DNA of 64,000 bases from an uncultured Acidimicrobiaceae bacterium (GTDB taxonomy: Bacteria; Actinomycetota; Acidimicrobiia; Spongiisociales; ZC4RG35): the NCBI GenBank assembly GCA_964653975.1, contig CAZZIG010000129.1, positions 5,440 to 69,439 of the forward strand, in the 5' to 3' direction. The notes under the pieces are model-generated. The model was given only the letters and a program-made list of their open reading frames with translations. It did no database searches and was not told the DNA's origin. The position numbers were made by a program, and so were the translations under genes. Position 1 is the first letter of the stretch; every line of letters starts with the position of its first letter. Shown here piece by piece: positions 26,055-34,120 of this stretch.

Positions 26055-29000
26055 ATGGAGCCCCTGCAAATTCATCTGTTTGGCGGGTTTCTCCTGACAC
26101 GAGGGGGTGTCTCCCTGCCGCCCATTGCCTCGCGCGCCGGCCGATCCCTCTTCGCCCATCTGGTGATGAGCCGTGACCGCCCCCTTCAGCGTGACCTCCT
26201 CGCCGGAACCTTCTGGCCAGATCTCCCCGAAGGACGGGCGCGGCGACGTCTCAGTCACACCCTGTGGCAGATCCAGGACGTCGTGAACACCGACTCCGTC
26301 TCCCACCTCGACGTCACCGCCGACACCCTCAGCTTCAAGGTCTCCACCCCTTACTGGCTCGATGTGGAGGAGTTCGACCGTAACTACGAAGGGCCGGTCA
26401 GGTCCGGCACCGACAAGAGACACCACGACAGGCTGGAAGCCGACCGGCTGCGTCGTGTGGTCGATCTGTACCGGGGCGACTTCCTCGCCGGCTACTTCGA
26501 CGACTGGGTGCTGATCGAACAAGACCACTATCGCCAGCGCTACCTGACCGCGCTGGGACGTCTGGTGGACGCCACCAAGGCGAACGGGGCCTATGTCGAT
26601 GCTCTCGCTTTCGCCCGACGCCTGACCCACCACGACCCGCTCAACGAGGAGGCTCATCGCGAGGTGATGCGGCTCAGCTACCTCCTCGGACGCACCACCG
26701 ACGCCATCGAGCAGTACGAACGTTGCGTATCGGTCCTCGAAGACGAGCTCGGCGCCAAACCCTCCGCCCCCACCGTCGAGATCTACGAGAAGATCGTCAG
26801 GGAACGCAACTCGGGGATCCGGCCCCTCCGCGAGGAGGAGACGGCTGTGTTGCAGGGTCGGCGGGCCGATTCGCCCTTTGTCGGCCGCGAGGAGGAGCGT
26901 CGGGTCCTCGTCGACTCCCTGGAGCGAGTTCTGGCCGGTTCGGGCGGTGTGGCCCTCGTCGAAGGCGAACCTGGTGTCGGCAAGACACGTCTCGCGATCG
27001 AGGGGGCGGAGGATGCCCGTTGGCGGGGATTCGAGGTCAGTTGGGGCTCGTGCACTCCGGGGGCGCTGCGCCCATTCGCTCCCCTCATCGAGGTGCTCGA
27101 CTCGTTGAGCCCGCTGCGAGTCGAACAGCTCTCCGAGCAGGTGGCCCCGGTTTGGCTGGCCCAGGCCGCCCGGCTCGCACCACGTCTCGGCGATCCCATC
27201 ACCTTCGACACCCCGGTCCAACTCCGTCCCGCCGAGGAGTCGACCAGGATGATCGAGGCGCTGGTCCACACTCTCGGCGCCCTCGGGAAGATCGCTCCGC
27301 ATCTGGTGATCATCGACGACGTCCACTGGGCCGACCAGGACACTCTGTCGGTGCTCACTCAGGTGGGGGCCCGGCTCGCCGGCTCGAGGGTCCTTCTCAT
27401 GCTCCTCTACCGCAGCGAAGAGGCCCGGGGTGACGCCGAAGTCTGGGATGTCATGCGCGACCTCGATCGGGTCTCCGGGCTGGGCCGGGTGGTGCTCTCG
27501 CCACTCTCGGTCTTCGAACTCGAGGAGATGATCCGAAAGATCCTCGGCGTCGGTCGTCTCGACACCGGGATCGCCACCCATCTGCACCGCCAGACCGGCG
27601 GAAACGCCCTGTTCACGATCGAGACACTGATGGCGCTGCGGGATCGGGGCCTTTTCGAGTCCGGTATCGACCCGATGACCATCCTCGAGGGGCAACTCGA
27701 CGAGAGCGCCATCCCCGTAGCGCCTCGAGTGCGGTCCGTGATCGAGTCGCGGATCTCCCAACTCGGAGACGAAGTAGCCGCGGTGTACCAGCTGGCAGCG
27801 GTCTGTGGCGACCGGGTCGACCTCCGTCTTCTCGAGACAGCTAGCGATCTCCCCCGGGCCACGGTGCTCAATGCGATGGACGAGTTGCTCTACAGGGGGC
27901 TGATGCGCGACGACGGCGACGGCTCGTTCCGGGTGGTTCACGACCAGATCAGGCAGGTGGTCTACGAGGAGATCGAGGGCCTCCGCAGGAGAGAGCTGCA
28001 TCTCGCCGTGGGTGACGCCGTTGCAGAGTTGGAACCAGGGAACGTCGAGGCCACCGGGCACCATTTCAGGGAAGGCGGCGATCTAGCGCGGGCAGTCGAA
28101 TATCTGCGCATGGCCGGCCAGAGGGCGATGCGTCTCAATGCCTACGCCACCGCCCGTCATCATCTGCAGTCGGCCCGGGAATGCGCCGCCGCGGGCGGGG
28201 TTTCGGACCGGGACCGTTTCGATCTGCTCGGTGAGCTCGATGATGTCCTGAGTGTCCTCGGGGCCAGGACAGCCCAGGATTCGGTTGTGGAGGAGATGGC
28301 TGCGCTGGCCCGGTCCGATATCGCCTTGCAGAGGGAGGTGGAGCGACGCCGGGCCTGGTTGGCGGCACAGGTCGGGGACCTGACCCGAGCCGAGGCGAGC
28401 GCCCGCAAGTCTCTGGCCGCAGAGCGCAGCAACGGCCACGCCCGCTCCCTGGCCGGGTCACTGATAGCCCTGGGGACCATCCAACGCTGGTCGGGGCGTC
28501 CGCTACATGCCGTGCCCTCGTTGCAGGAGGCTGTCGCCACGGCCACCGAGGACTCCCAGCATGCCGACGCCCTGACCGAGTTGGCCAGCACCCTGGTCGA
28601 AGTGCAACGAGCGGAGGAGGCGATCGCTCACCTCCAGGAGGCCGCCGACATCTACCGGCGTCTCGACGATCTACGTGGTCTGGCCGAGGTGGCCGGCATC
28701 GAAGCCCGCGCCTTTCACCAACGGGGAATGCGCGACCAGGCCGTGACTCGTTACGAGCTGGCCATCGAACTGTGTCGTCGTATCGGCTATCGGCATGGCG
28801 AAGGGGTCAACCTCACCAACCTGGCCAACCTCCATCAGCTCCTCGGCAGCGTCGCGGAGGCGCTGGAGGGCTACGACCGGGCCGCGCTCATCTTCGAGGA
28901 ATTGGGCAACACCCGTGGAGAGGCCATGGTCCTCGCCAACTCGGCCTCGGCCCGCCACAACATCCTCGGTGACGACGAGCGTGCCCGGACCGACGCCACC

Positions 29001-29903
29001 AAGGCCCTGCGCCACTTCTCCGAGATCGGCGACCGGGCCCGCCAGGCGCAATGCAAGGAGGTGCTCGCCGGGATCGCGGCCCGTCGAGGACACCGCCCCG
29101 AGGCGCGACAGATGCTGGAAGAGAGCATCACCGCCCTGGAGGAGACGGGAAATGTCCTGCTCCAGGGCCAGCATCTGCGCTCGCTCGCTCTGCTCCATCT
29201 CGATGACGACGAGATCGAGGCGGCGTCGGCAACCCTCGATAGGGCGGAGCGGCTCTGTGAGAGTGCGGGTCTCGACGAGTTGGGTGTCGAACTGGAATCG
29301 ATCCGCGGGCTGATCTACCTGAACTCAGGGGCGCCCAAGGAAGCGGTGCGGACCACAGCCGCCGCAGTGCAACGGCTCACCCCAGGTGTCGAGCGGCCCT
29401 ACCTGGTGCTGCATCGGCATGCCCTGGCCGCCGAGGCCTCCGGTGACACCCAGACCGCACGTGAGGCAGGGTCACGTGCCGAAGCCGCCCTCCGCCAGAC
29501 CCTCGACGGTCTCGGCCCGGACAGCATCGAAACCGCCATCGGGTCGGTCCCCACCCACCAGGCGATCGTCAGGGCAGCAGACCGGTTCGCTCCCCTGGAG
29601 ATCGAGGTCTGGCTGCCCGCTGCGGACGCCCCGATCGGCAAGACACTCGACCATACCGACCTCCGTCGGGTGACCTGGACCGTCGAACATCCCGATGACG
29701 AGGCGCACACATCACCCCTGGAGAGGCGGAGGGCACGGCTGCTCCGTCTCCTCGACCAGGCCCGGCGGAGCGGGGCGGTTCCCTCCAGTGAGCAGGTGGC
29801 CGATGCGCTCGAGGTGAGTGCCTCGACGGTCCGTCGCGACCTCGCTGAGCTGCGGAAATCCGGCCACGACGCAACAACCAGGGGCCAGCGTCGCGCCTCG
29901 TGA
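26055..29903 (+). CDS. Large SARP/AfsR-type regulator: OmpR-like winged helix + BTAD + P-loop NTPase + TPR array + C-terminal DeoR-like HTH
   Basis: N-terminus LFGGFLLTRGGVSLP...RRRLSHTLWQI; BTAD (YRGDFLAGYFDDWVLIEQDHYRQRYL...EAHREVMRLSYLLGRTTDAIEQYERCVSVLEDELGAKPSAPT); Walker A VEGEPGVGKT, then LVIIDDVHWAD; TPR-like repeats; C-terminal SSEQVADALEVSASTVRRDLAELRKSG. Confidence 0.85.
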   Translation: MEPLQIHLFGGFLLTRGGVSLPPIASRAGRSLFAHLVMSRDRPLQRDLLAGTFWPDLPEGRARRRLSHTLWQIQDVVNTDSVSHLDVTADTLSFKVSTPYWLDVEEFDRNYEGPVRSGTDKRHHDRLEADRLRRVVDLYRGDFLAGYFDDWVLIEQDHYRQRYLTALGRLVDATKANGAYVDALAFARRLTHHDPLNEEAHREVMRLSYLLGRTTDAIEQYERCVSVLEDELGAKPSAPTVEIYEKIVRERNSGIRPLREEETAVLQGRRADSPFVGREEERRVLVDSLERVLAGSGGVALVEGEPGVGKTRLAIEGAEDARWRGFEVSWGSCTPGALRPFAPLIEVLDSLSPLRVEQLSEQVAPVWLAQAARLAPRLGDPITFDTPVQLRPAEESTRMIEALVHTLGALGKIAPHLVIIDDVHWADQDTLSVLTQVGARLAGSRVLLMLLYRSEEARGDAEVWDVMRDLDRVSGLGRVVLSPLSVFELEEMIRKILGVGRLDTGIATHLHRQTGGNALFTIETLMALRDRGLFESGIDPMTILEGQLDESAIPVAPRVRSVIESRISQLGDEVAAVYQLAAVCGDRVDLRLLETASDLPRATVLNAMDELLYRGLMRDDGDGSFRVVHDQIRQVVYEEIEGLRRRELHLAVGDAVAELEPGNVEATGHHFREGGDLARAVEYLRMAGQRAMRLNAYATARHHLQSARECAAAGGVSDRDRFDLLGELDDVLSVLGARTAQDSVVEEMAALARSDIALQREVERRRAWLAAQVGDLTRAEASARKSLAAERSNGHARSLAGSLIALGTIQRWSGRPLHAVPSLQEAVATATEDSQHADALTELASTLVEVQRAEEAIAHLQEAADIYRRLDDLRGLAEVAGIEARAFHQRGMRDQAVTRYELAIELCRRIGYRHGEGVNLTNLANLHQLLGSVAEALEGYDRAALIFEELGNTRGEAMVLANSASARHNILGDDERARTDATKALRHFSEIGDRARQAQCKEVLAGIAARRGHRPEARQMLEESITALEETGNVLLQGQHLRSLALLHLDDDEIEAASATLDRAERLCESAGLDELGVELESIRGLIYLNSGAPKEAVRTTAAAVQRLTPGVERPYLVLHRHALAAEASGDTQTAREAGSRAEAALRQTLDGLGPDSIETAIGSVPTHQAIVRAADRFAPLEIEVWLPAADAPIGKTLDHTDLRRVTWTVEHPDDEAHTSPLERRRARLLRLLDQARRSGAVPSSEQVADALEVSASTVRRDLAELRKSGHDATTRGQRRAS

Positions 29904-30007
29904 CTGAAGGTGGCGGACGCCCTGCCACGGAGTTGAGACAGTTGAAAGACGGGTCGTGCGCATAGTTGGCCCCAGTCGCAAACAACCCCAGGGCTAAGGA
30001 GGTCCCA

Positions 30008-30100
30008 ATGCGCCGCCGTCTGACCGTTCTCGTCATCTCCGTGTTGAGCGCCCTCGCCATAGCCGCACCGGCACTCGCCTCTGTCTCCAATATGAGCTGA
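30008..30100 (+). CDS. 30-aa ORF encoding a signal-peptide/signal-anchor-like sequence (MRRRLTVLVISVLSALAIAAPALASVSNMS), in frame with the downstream histidine kinase
   Basis: Strong SD (TAAGGAGG) 5 nt upstream of ATG 30008. TGA at 30098-30100. There is no further stop before GTG 30167 in the same frame. Confidence 0.45.
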   Translation: MRRRLTVLVISVLSALAIAAPALASVSNMS

Positions 30101-30166
30101 ACTGGCCCGGATGGAGTTGAGCCGGTCGTCCACGTTTGGCCGGCTCCTCCCACCCTGAAGCATCTA

Positions 30167-31189
30167 GTGCAGGTCTCCAAGCAGCCAACACCCTCGTACG
30201 ACTTCGACGAGGTCCTCTCCGCGTTGCCTGAGACGATCGTTCAGGTCGACCCCGACCACACCATCGTCCATCTCAACCGGGCCGAGTCGCCGGTGTTCCG
30301 CGCTCGCACCCCGCCGGGCACCACCCTCGAAGACGCTGTGGTTCCAGAGGCTGTGGAGGCATTGGCCGGGCTGATCGACAACGCACAGGTCACCGGTGGC
30401 GCCCTGGCCGAGTTCCGCACCGGAAACGACCTCTTCCGGGTGACCGCGAAGCCCCTGAGGGAGAACCACCTCACCCTGCTCGTTTTCAAGAACATCACCA
30501 GCATTCGCAGCGCCGGCCAGACCATCGTCGACCTGGTGCGGGACAGGAGTACCTTCCTGGCTGCCGTCAGTCACGAGTTGAGCCACCCCCTCAGCGCCGT
30601 GGTGGGATACGCAAACCTCCTCGCCGAGTCGGCGGAGGATCTCGACGAGGAGACCCGATCGGAGATGGTTCGCGACATGACGGACCAGGCCTGGGACCTC
30701 GCCGGGATAATCGAAGACCTCCTCACGGTGGCCAGCGCCGAGTTGGGCGAGCTTCACCTGGCCAAGGTGAATGTCAGCATCGGAGCGAACGTCGCCCAGG
30801 TGCTGGAGTCGATGGGCAGCCGAGGAGCGTCCATACACTTGGAGCAGCGGGCACCGGTGACAGGGCTTGGGGATCCCGCCCGCTATCGACAGGTGGTGAG
30901 GAACCTGGTCAGCAACGGCCTCGAGCACGGGAGGGAGCCGATCCGCATCATCATCACCGAGGACCGCGGCGAGGCCAGGCTCGAAGTCCGGGACCAGGGT
31001 GATGGGGTCTCACATGACCTCGAAGAGATGATCAACGAGCAGGCCGACCACGGGATACCGTCGACGCCGGGAGTGATGGGCCTCGGTCTCTGGGTTTGTC
31101 AGGAGCTCACCCGTCTCATGGGCGGACGTCTCACGTATCGACGGATCGACGGCGAGACCTCGTTCCAGGTGGCCATACCCGTGTCGTAG
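30167..31189 (+). CDS. PAS-domain sensor histidine kinase (HisKA + HATPase_c)
   Basis: H-box FLAAVSHELSHPLSAVVGY; N/G boxes VVRNLVSNGLEHG, DQGDGV, GLGLWVCQEL. The GTG start lacks an SD. Confidence 0.85.
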   Translation: MQVSKQPTPSYDFDEVLSALPETIVQVDPDHTIVHLNRAESPVFRARTPPGTTLEDAVVPEAVEALAGLIDNAQVTGGALAEFRTGNDLFRVTAKPLRENHLTLLVFKNITSIRSAGQTIVDLVRDRSTFLAAVSHELSHPLSAVVGYANLLAESAEDLDEETRSEMVRDMTDQAWDLAGIIEDLLTVASAELGELHLAKVNVSIGANVAQVLESMGSRGASIHLEQRAPVTGLGDPARYRQVVRNLVSNGLEHGREPIRIIITEDRGEARLEVRDQGDGVSHDLEEMINEQADHGIPSTPGVMGLGLWVCQELTRLMGGRLTYRRIDGETSFQVAIPVS

Positions 31190-31269
31190 ATCCTCAACTG
31201 GGCGTCCGATGCCTCCCCCAGTGGCCAAACCGGCCAGCCCCCACACAATCGGACGCCCAGTTGAGGATC
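31189..31269. repeat. Perfect 22-bp inverted repeat with a 37-nt spacer between convergent genes (large hairpin / bidirectional terminator candidate)
   Basis: GATCCTCAACTGGGCGTCCGAT (31189-31210) and ATCGGACGCCCAGTTGAGGATC (31248-31269). The spacer contains a small hairpin TGGCC-aaacc-GGCCA. Confidence 0.7.
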
Positions 31270-31331
31270 CGCGGACCGCACCACAGTCGCAGGGAGGTTA
31301 ACGGTCGGGTATCGGGCGGTGTCGCGCCCGG

Positions 31332-31934
31332 TCAGTCCTCGCGCCGCAAGGTGACGGTTCGTGGTTGGTCTCCGCTCTCGCGAAGGACCGAGACCTCGGT
31401 GGCTCCGACGTCGGCGAGGGCGGTGGAGGTTCGCTCGGTTTCGTCTTCGGAGGTTTCTATGGTGACGACGAACCCGTCGCGCTCGATGGCGTCCATATAA
31501 CGCACTTCGGTGGTCTTCACCTTGGTCGCGTCGTGGTCGGTGGCGCCGAGCAGTGCGCCGATCAGCGTCCCGGTTATCGACCCACCGACCGCGCCGGCGG
31601 CGGCCGCTATCGCTGCCGCGGCCACAGTCCCCGCGGCGAGGAGGGCGCCGATGGGAGTGGCCAGCACCACCCCACCAGCAGAGGCCAGGAGGACGCTGCC
31701 GACTCCGGCGGCACCACCGCCCAACGCCCCGCCGATGGCTCCCTTTTTCGCCTCGACGACAGGCTCCTCGAAATGGTCGACGTACACCCAGAGCTCGACC
31801 TCTTCGGTCTTGGGCACCGACTTCTCACGCCAGACGACGCCGATGGCGTCTTTGGCTATGCCCCTCTCGACCAGACCGTCTATCGCGGTCTCGGTCTCCT
31901 CGCGGTTGGGGAATACCCCTACGACTGCAGGCAT
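31332..31934 (-). CDS. Hypothetical protein: YflT/general-stress-like N-terminal domain, Gly/Ala-zipper membrane segment, acidic C-terminal domain
   Basis: MPAVVGVFPNREETETAIDGLVERGIAKDAIGVVW... followed by GAIGGALGGGAAGVGSVLLASAGGVVLATPIGALLAAGTVAAAAIAAAAGAVGGSITGTLIGALLG. Confidence 0.6.
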   Translation of the reverse strand: MPAVVGVFPNREETETAIDGLVERGIAKDAIGVVWREKSVPKTEEVELWVYVDHFEEPVVEAKKGAIGGALGGGAAGVGSVLLASAGGVVLATPIGALLAAGTVAAAAIAAAAGAVGGSITGTLIGALLGATDHDATKVKTTEVRYMDAIERDGFVVTIETSEDETERTSTALADVGATEVSVLRESGDQPRTVTLRRED

Positions 31935-31999
31935 ATGACTTCTCCCACGTCCCAGGGTACCCCCGGTATGGCACAGTCAATCGCGATTTCGTCCCACTT

Positions 32000-32227
32000 T
32001 CAGCGATCGCGAAACACCCATCCCAACACGTTGACGACGAGTGTCAGCACAACACTCGCCAGGATCATCGACGTGATGGGGATGAACACCCGCGAGTTCT
32101 CCCCCTCGATCCGGATGTCGCCAGGGAGGTTGCCAAACCAGCCGAAGAGCCCGGGAGCGAACCTGACCAGTGCGCCGACGACCAGCATCGCCGCCCCGAG
32201 CACCATGAGGACGTTGCCAAACCTCAT
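32000..32227 (-). CDS. DUF2905-type small membrane protein
   Basis: In-frame part of ORF 32000..32260. MRFGNVLMVLGAAMLVVGALVRFAPGLFGWFGNLPGDIRIEGENSRVFIPITSMILASVVLTLVVN. Confidence 0.7.
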   Translation of the reverse strand: MRFGNVLMVLGAAMLVVGALVRFAPGLFGWFGNLPGDIRIEGENSRVFIPITSMILASVVLTLVVNVLGWVFRDR

Positions 32228-32282
32228 GCCGCCAGGGTATCCACCATGCACCCAATCCAACCCGGTCTAACCTGGATAACCA

Positions 32283-32528
32283 ATGACAGACCGCGGCCAC
32301 AGCACCCGGGTTCGCCCCGAGACCGACACGAGTCACGGCGACTCCGACGCGGTTGCCCACATCGTGATGAGGGACGACCAGATGAAAGGGTATGTCAGCG
32401 GTGAGACGATCCAGGCCCTATGCGGGAAGGTCTGGGTGCCCTCTCGGGACTATCAGGGTCTCCCGGTCTGCGAAGCGTGCCGCGCCGAGCGGGAGCGGCT
32501 GGTTGCAGGCATGAAGGGCCTCAACTGA
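32283..32528 (+). CDS. DUF3039-type small conserved actinobacterial protein
   Basis: ...HIVMRDDQMKGYVSGETIQALCGKVWVPSRDYQGLPVCEAC... Confidence 0.7.
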   Translation: MTDRGHSTRVRPETDTSHGDSDAVAHIVMRDDQMKGYVSGETIQALCGKVWVPSRDYQGLPVCEACRAERERLVAGMKGLN

Positions 32529-32534
32529 GCTGAC

Positions 32535-32738
32535 CTACCCGGGCCTGGGCCGCGATCCGGCCCGTCGGTAGAACCACCATCCCACCAGGGCGGGGACGAG
32601 GGCAATCGCCAGGACCATCGCGAACACCTGCAGCCCGGACGATTCCCCGTAGAGCTCCTGGAACTCCAGGGCTCCGAAGACACCCAACACGATCCAGACC
32701 GCGGCCAGGGCCCACAAGACCCACGCCACGACCCTCAC
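32535..32738 (-). CDS. Hypothetical 2-TM small membrane protein
   Basis: MRVVAWVLWALAAVWIVLGVFGALEFQELYGESSGLQVFAMVLAIALVPALVGWWFYRRAG. Confidence 0.5.
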   Translation of the reverse strand: MRVVAWVLWALAAVWIVLGVFGALEFQELYGESSGLQVFAMVLAIALVPALVGWWFYRRAGSRPRPG

Positions 32739-32827
32739 CGGTGGCCGTCCCTCATCTTCGACCCGTCCCCTGGATTCGGCTTTCTCATGTCGCGCAACAT
32801 AGCCACGTTCGTTGAAGAAAGGGCCCT

Positions 32828-34120
32828 TTGGCCCTCAGGGGTCAGCGGGAAATGGTCGATACCAACTATGTGAGAGAACCCAACGTCCGAGGACCGACGA
32901 GCCTGATCAATCGGTTCACGTCGACCTATCTCCGGGCCCGATGGTTCATCGGTGCCGGGCTGATCGTGCTGACTGCCTTCGCCCTCCTGGTCGGCGCGGG
33001 AGGCGAATATGTGTGGGTGGTGGCAGTCGCAGGGGTTGTGATCCTCGCCCACACCTTCGCCATGAGGGTATGGGACCTGCACGCTGCTTCCGTGGCGCTC
33101 GTCGTCGATCTCACGGCAGCGCTGGTCGCCACCATGATCGTCGCCAGCGCCAACCACGACCTGGTGCCGGTGTTGCTCACCCTGGTGGGGGCCTCTGTCC
33201 TGATACCCCTGTTTCTCGACGGTTGGACACGCGTGGCGGTGGCGGCCTATGTGACGACCCTCAGCCTGGGATCCATGCTCATGATTAACGACTGGGATTT
33301 CGGGCTTGCGGTGAGCGGCTTCATCGGCGGGTTCTTCCTGGCGGCGTTGATCATGGGAGTCATCGTGGCGATTCGCTCCCGCATCGTCGAGTTGGAGGCA
33401 GCACGAGCACAGACCATCGGAGTGGTCAGCCACGAACTGCGCAACCATCTGACCGGCATCATCGCCGCCGTTGAACTGGTCACGGACGAAGGAATCGACC
33501 TCACGCCGACAGAGGTCGGCGAGATGCTCGAAATGGCGCTGCAACAGTCGGTCGAGGCCGCTGAGGTGATCGAGGACCTCCTGGTAGCCAGTCGGGCCGA
33601 ACGTGGTGTCCTCGACGCCATAGCAGAGGTGGTCGACGTTTCTTCACTGACCGAGACCGTGATCCGGCGTACTTCAACCGAGGAGGGTCGCATTCGATTC
33701 CAGGGTCCTGCTGGGCCGGTATGGGCGACGGCCGACCCGCTGCGATACAAGCAGGTGCTGCGCAATCTGCTCACCAACGCCCTCCGCTACGGAGGCGACG
33801 AGGTCCGGGTTTCGGTCGAAGCTCGGGGCCAGTGGGTGTCGGTCATCGTGGCCGACAACGGCCCGGGTGTCGATCCGGCCGACGAGTCGGTTCTGTTCCA
33901 GGCATACCATCGGGGTCGTCATCAAGGCCCCGCCGAGGGCTCGAGCGGGCTGGGTCTGTGGATCGCCCGTGGTCTCGCCCACAAGATGGGTGGCGAGTTG
34001 GCCTACCGACGTGCGAGCGGCCACACCGTGTTCGAGATCACTCTGCCCAACGCGGACACATCCCACCATTCGGACTCGTCCTACACGATGAAGGTGGGCG
34101 CCGCCTCGGTCAGCGGCTGA
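32828..34120 (+). CDS. Membrane sensor histidine kinase (multi-TM N-terminus, HisKA, HATPase_c)
   Basis: About 6 TM helices, then the H-box GVVSHELRNHLTGI, then LRNLLTNALRYGG, DNGPGV, GLGLWIARGLAHKMGG. Start ATG 32828 or 32852. Confidence 0.85.
   Translation: MALRGQREMVDTNYVREPNVRGPTSLINRFTSTYLRARWFIGAGLIVLTAFALLVGAGGEYVWVVAVAGVVILAHTFAMRVWDLHAASVALVVDLTAALVATMIVASANHDLVPVLLTLVGASVLIPLFLDGWTRVAVAAYVTTLSLGSMLMINDWDFGLAVSGFIGGFFLAALIMGVIVAIRSRIVELEAARAQTIGVVSHELRNHLTGIIAAVELVTDEGIDLTPTEVGEMLEMALQQSVEAAEVIEDLLVASRAERGVLDAIAEVVDVSSLTETVIRRTSTEEGRIRFQGPAGPVWATADPLRYKQVLRNLLTNALRYGGDEVRVSVEARGQWVSVIVADNGPGVDPADESVLFQAYHRGRHQGPAEGSSGLGLWIARGLAHKMGGELAYRRASGHTVFEITLPNADTSHHSDSSYTMKVGAASVSG

Noticed and set aside
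26028-28064. A 678-aa minus-strand ORF, taken here as one example of many long antisense or out-of-frame ORFs. Others include 1394-2767(-), 4630-5988(-), 11764-13455(-), 14007-15113(-), 16476-18104(+), 16861-18108(-), 21637-23196(-), 37546-39315(-), 42795-44201(-), 57353-58447(-) and 58767-61571(+).
   Set aside because: All overlap a gene with clear family motifs on another frame or strand. Their translations are dominated by Arg, Pro, Gly and His runs, the typical open-frame artefact of high-G+C DNA.
30008-30100. The 30-aa signal-peptide ORF as a stand-alone quorum-sensing pre-peptide.
   Set aside because: This is not rejected outright but is downgraded. The ORF is in the same frame as the downstream kinase with a single intervening TGA, so a split or read-through kinase N-terminus is at least as likely.
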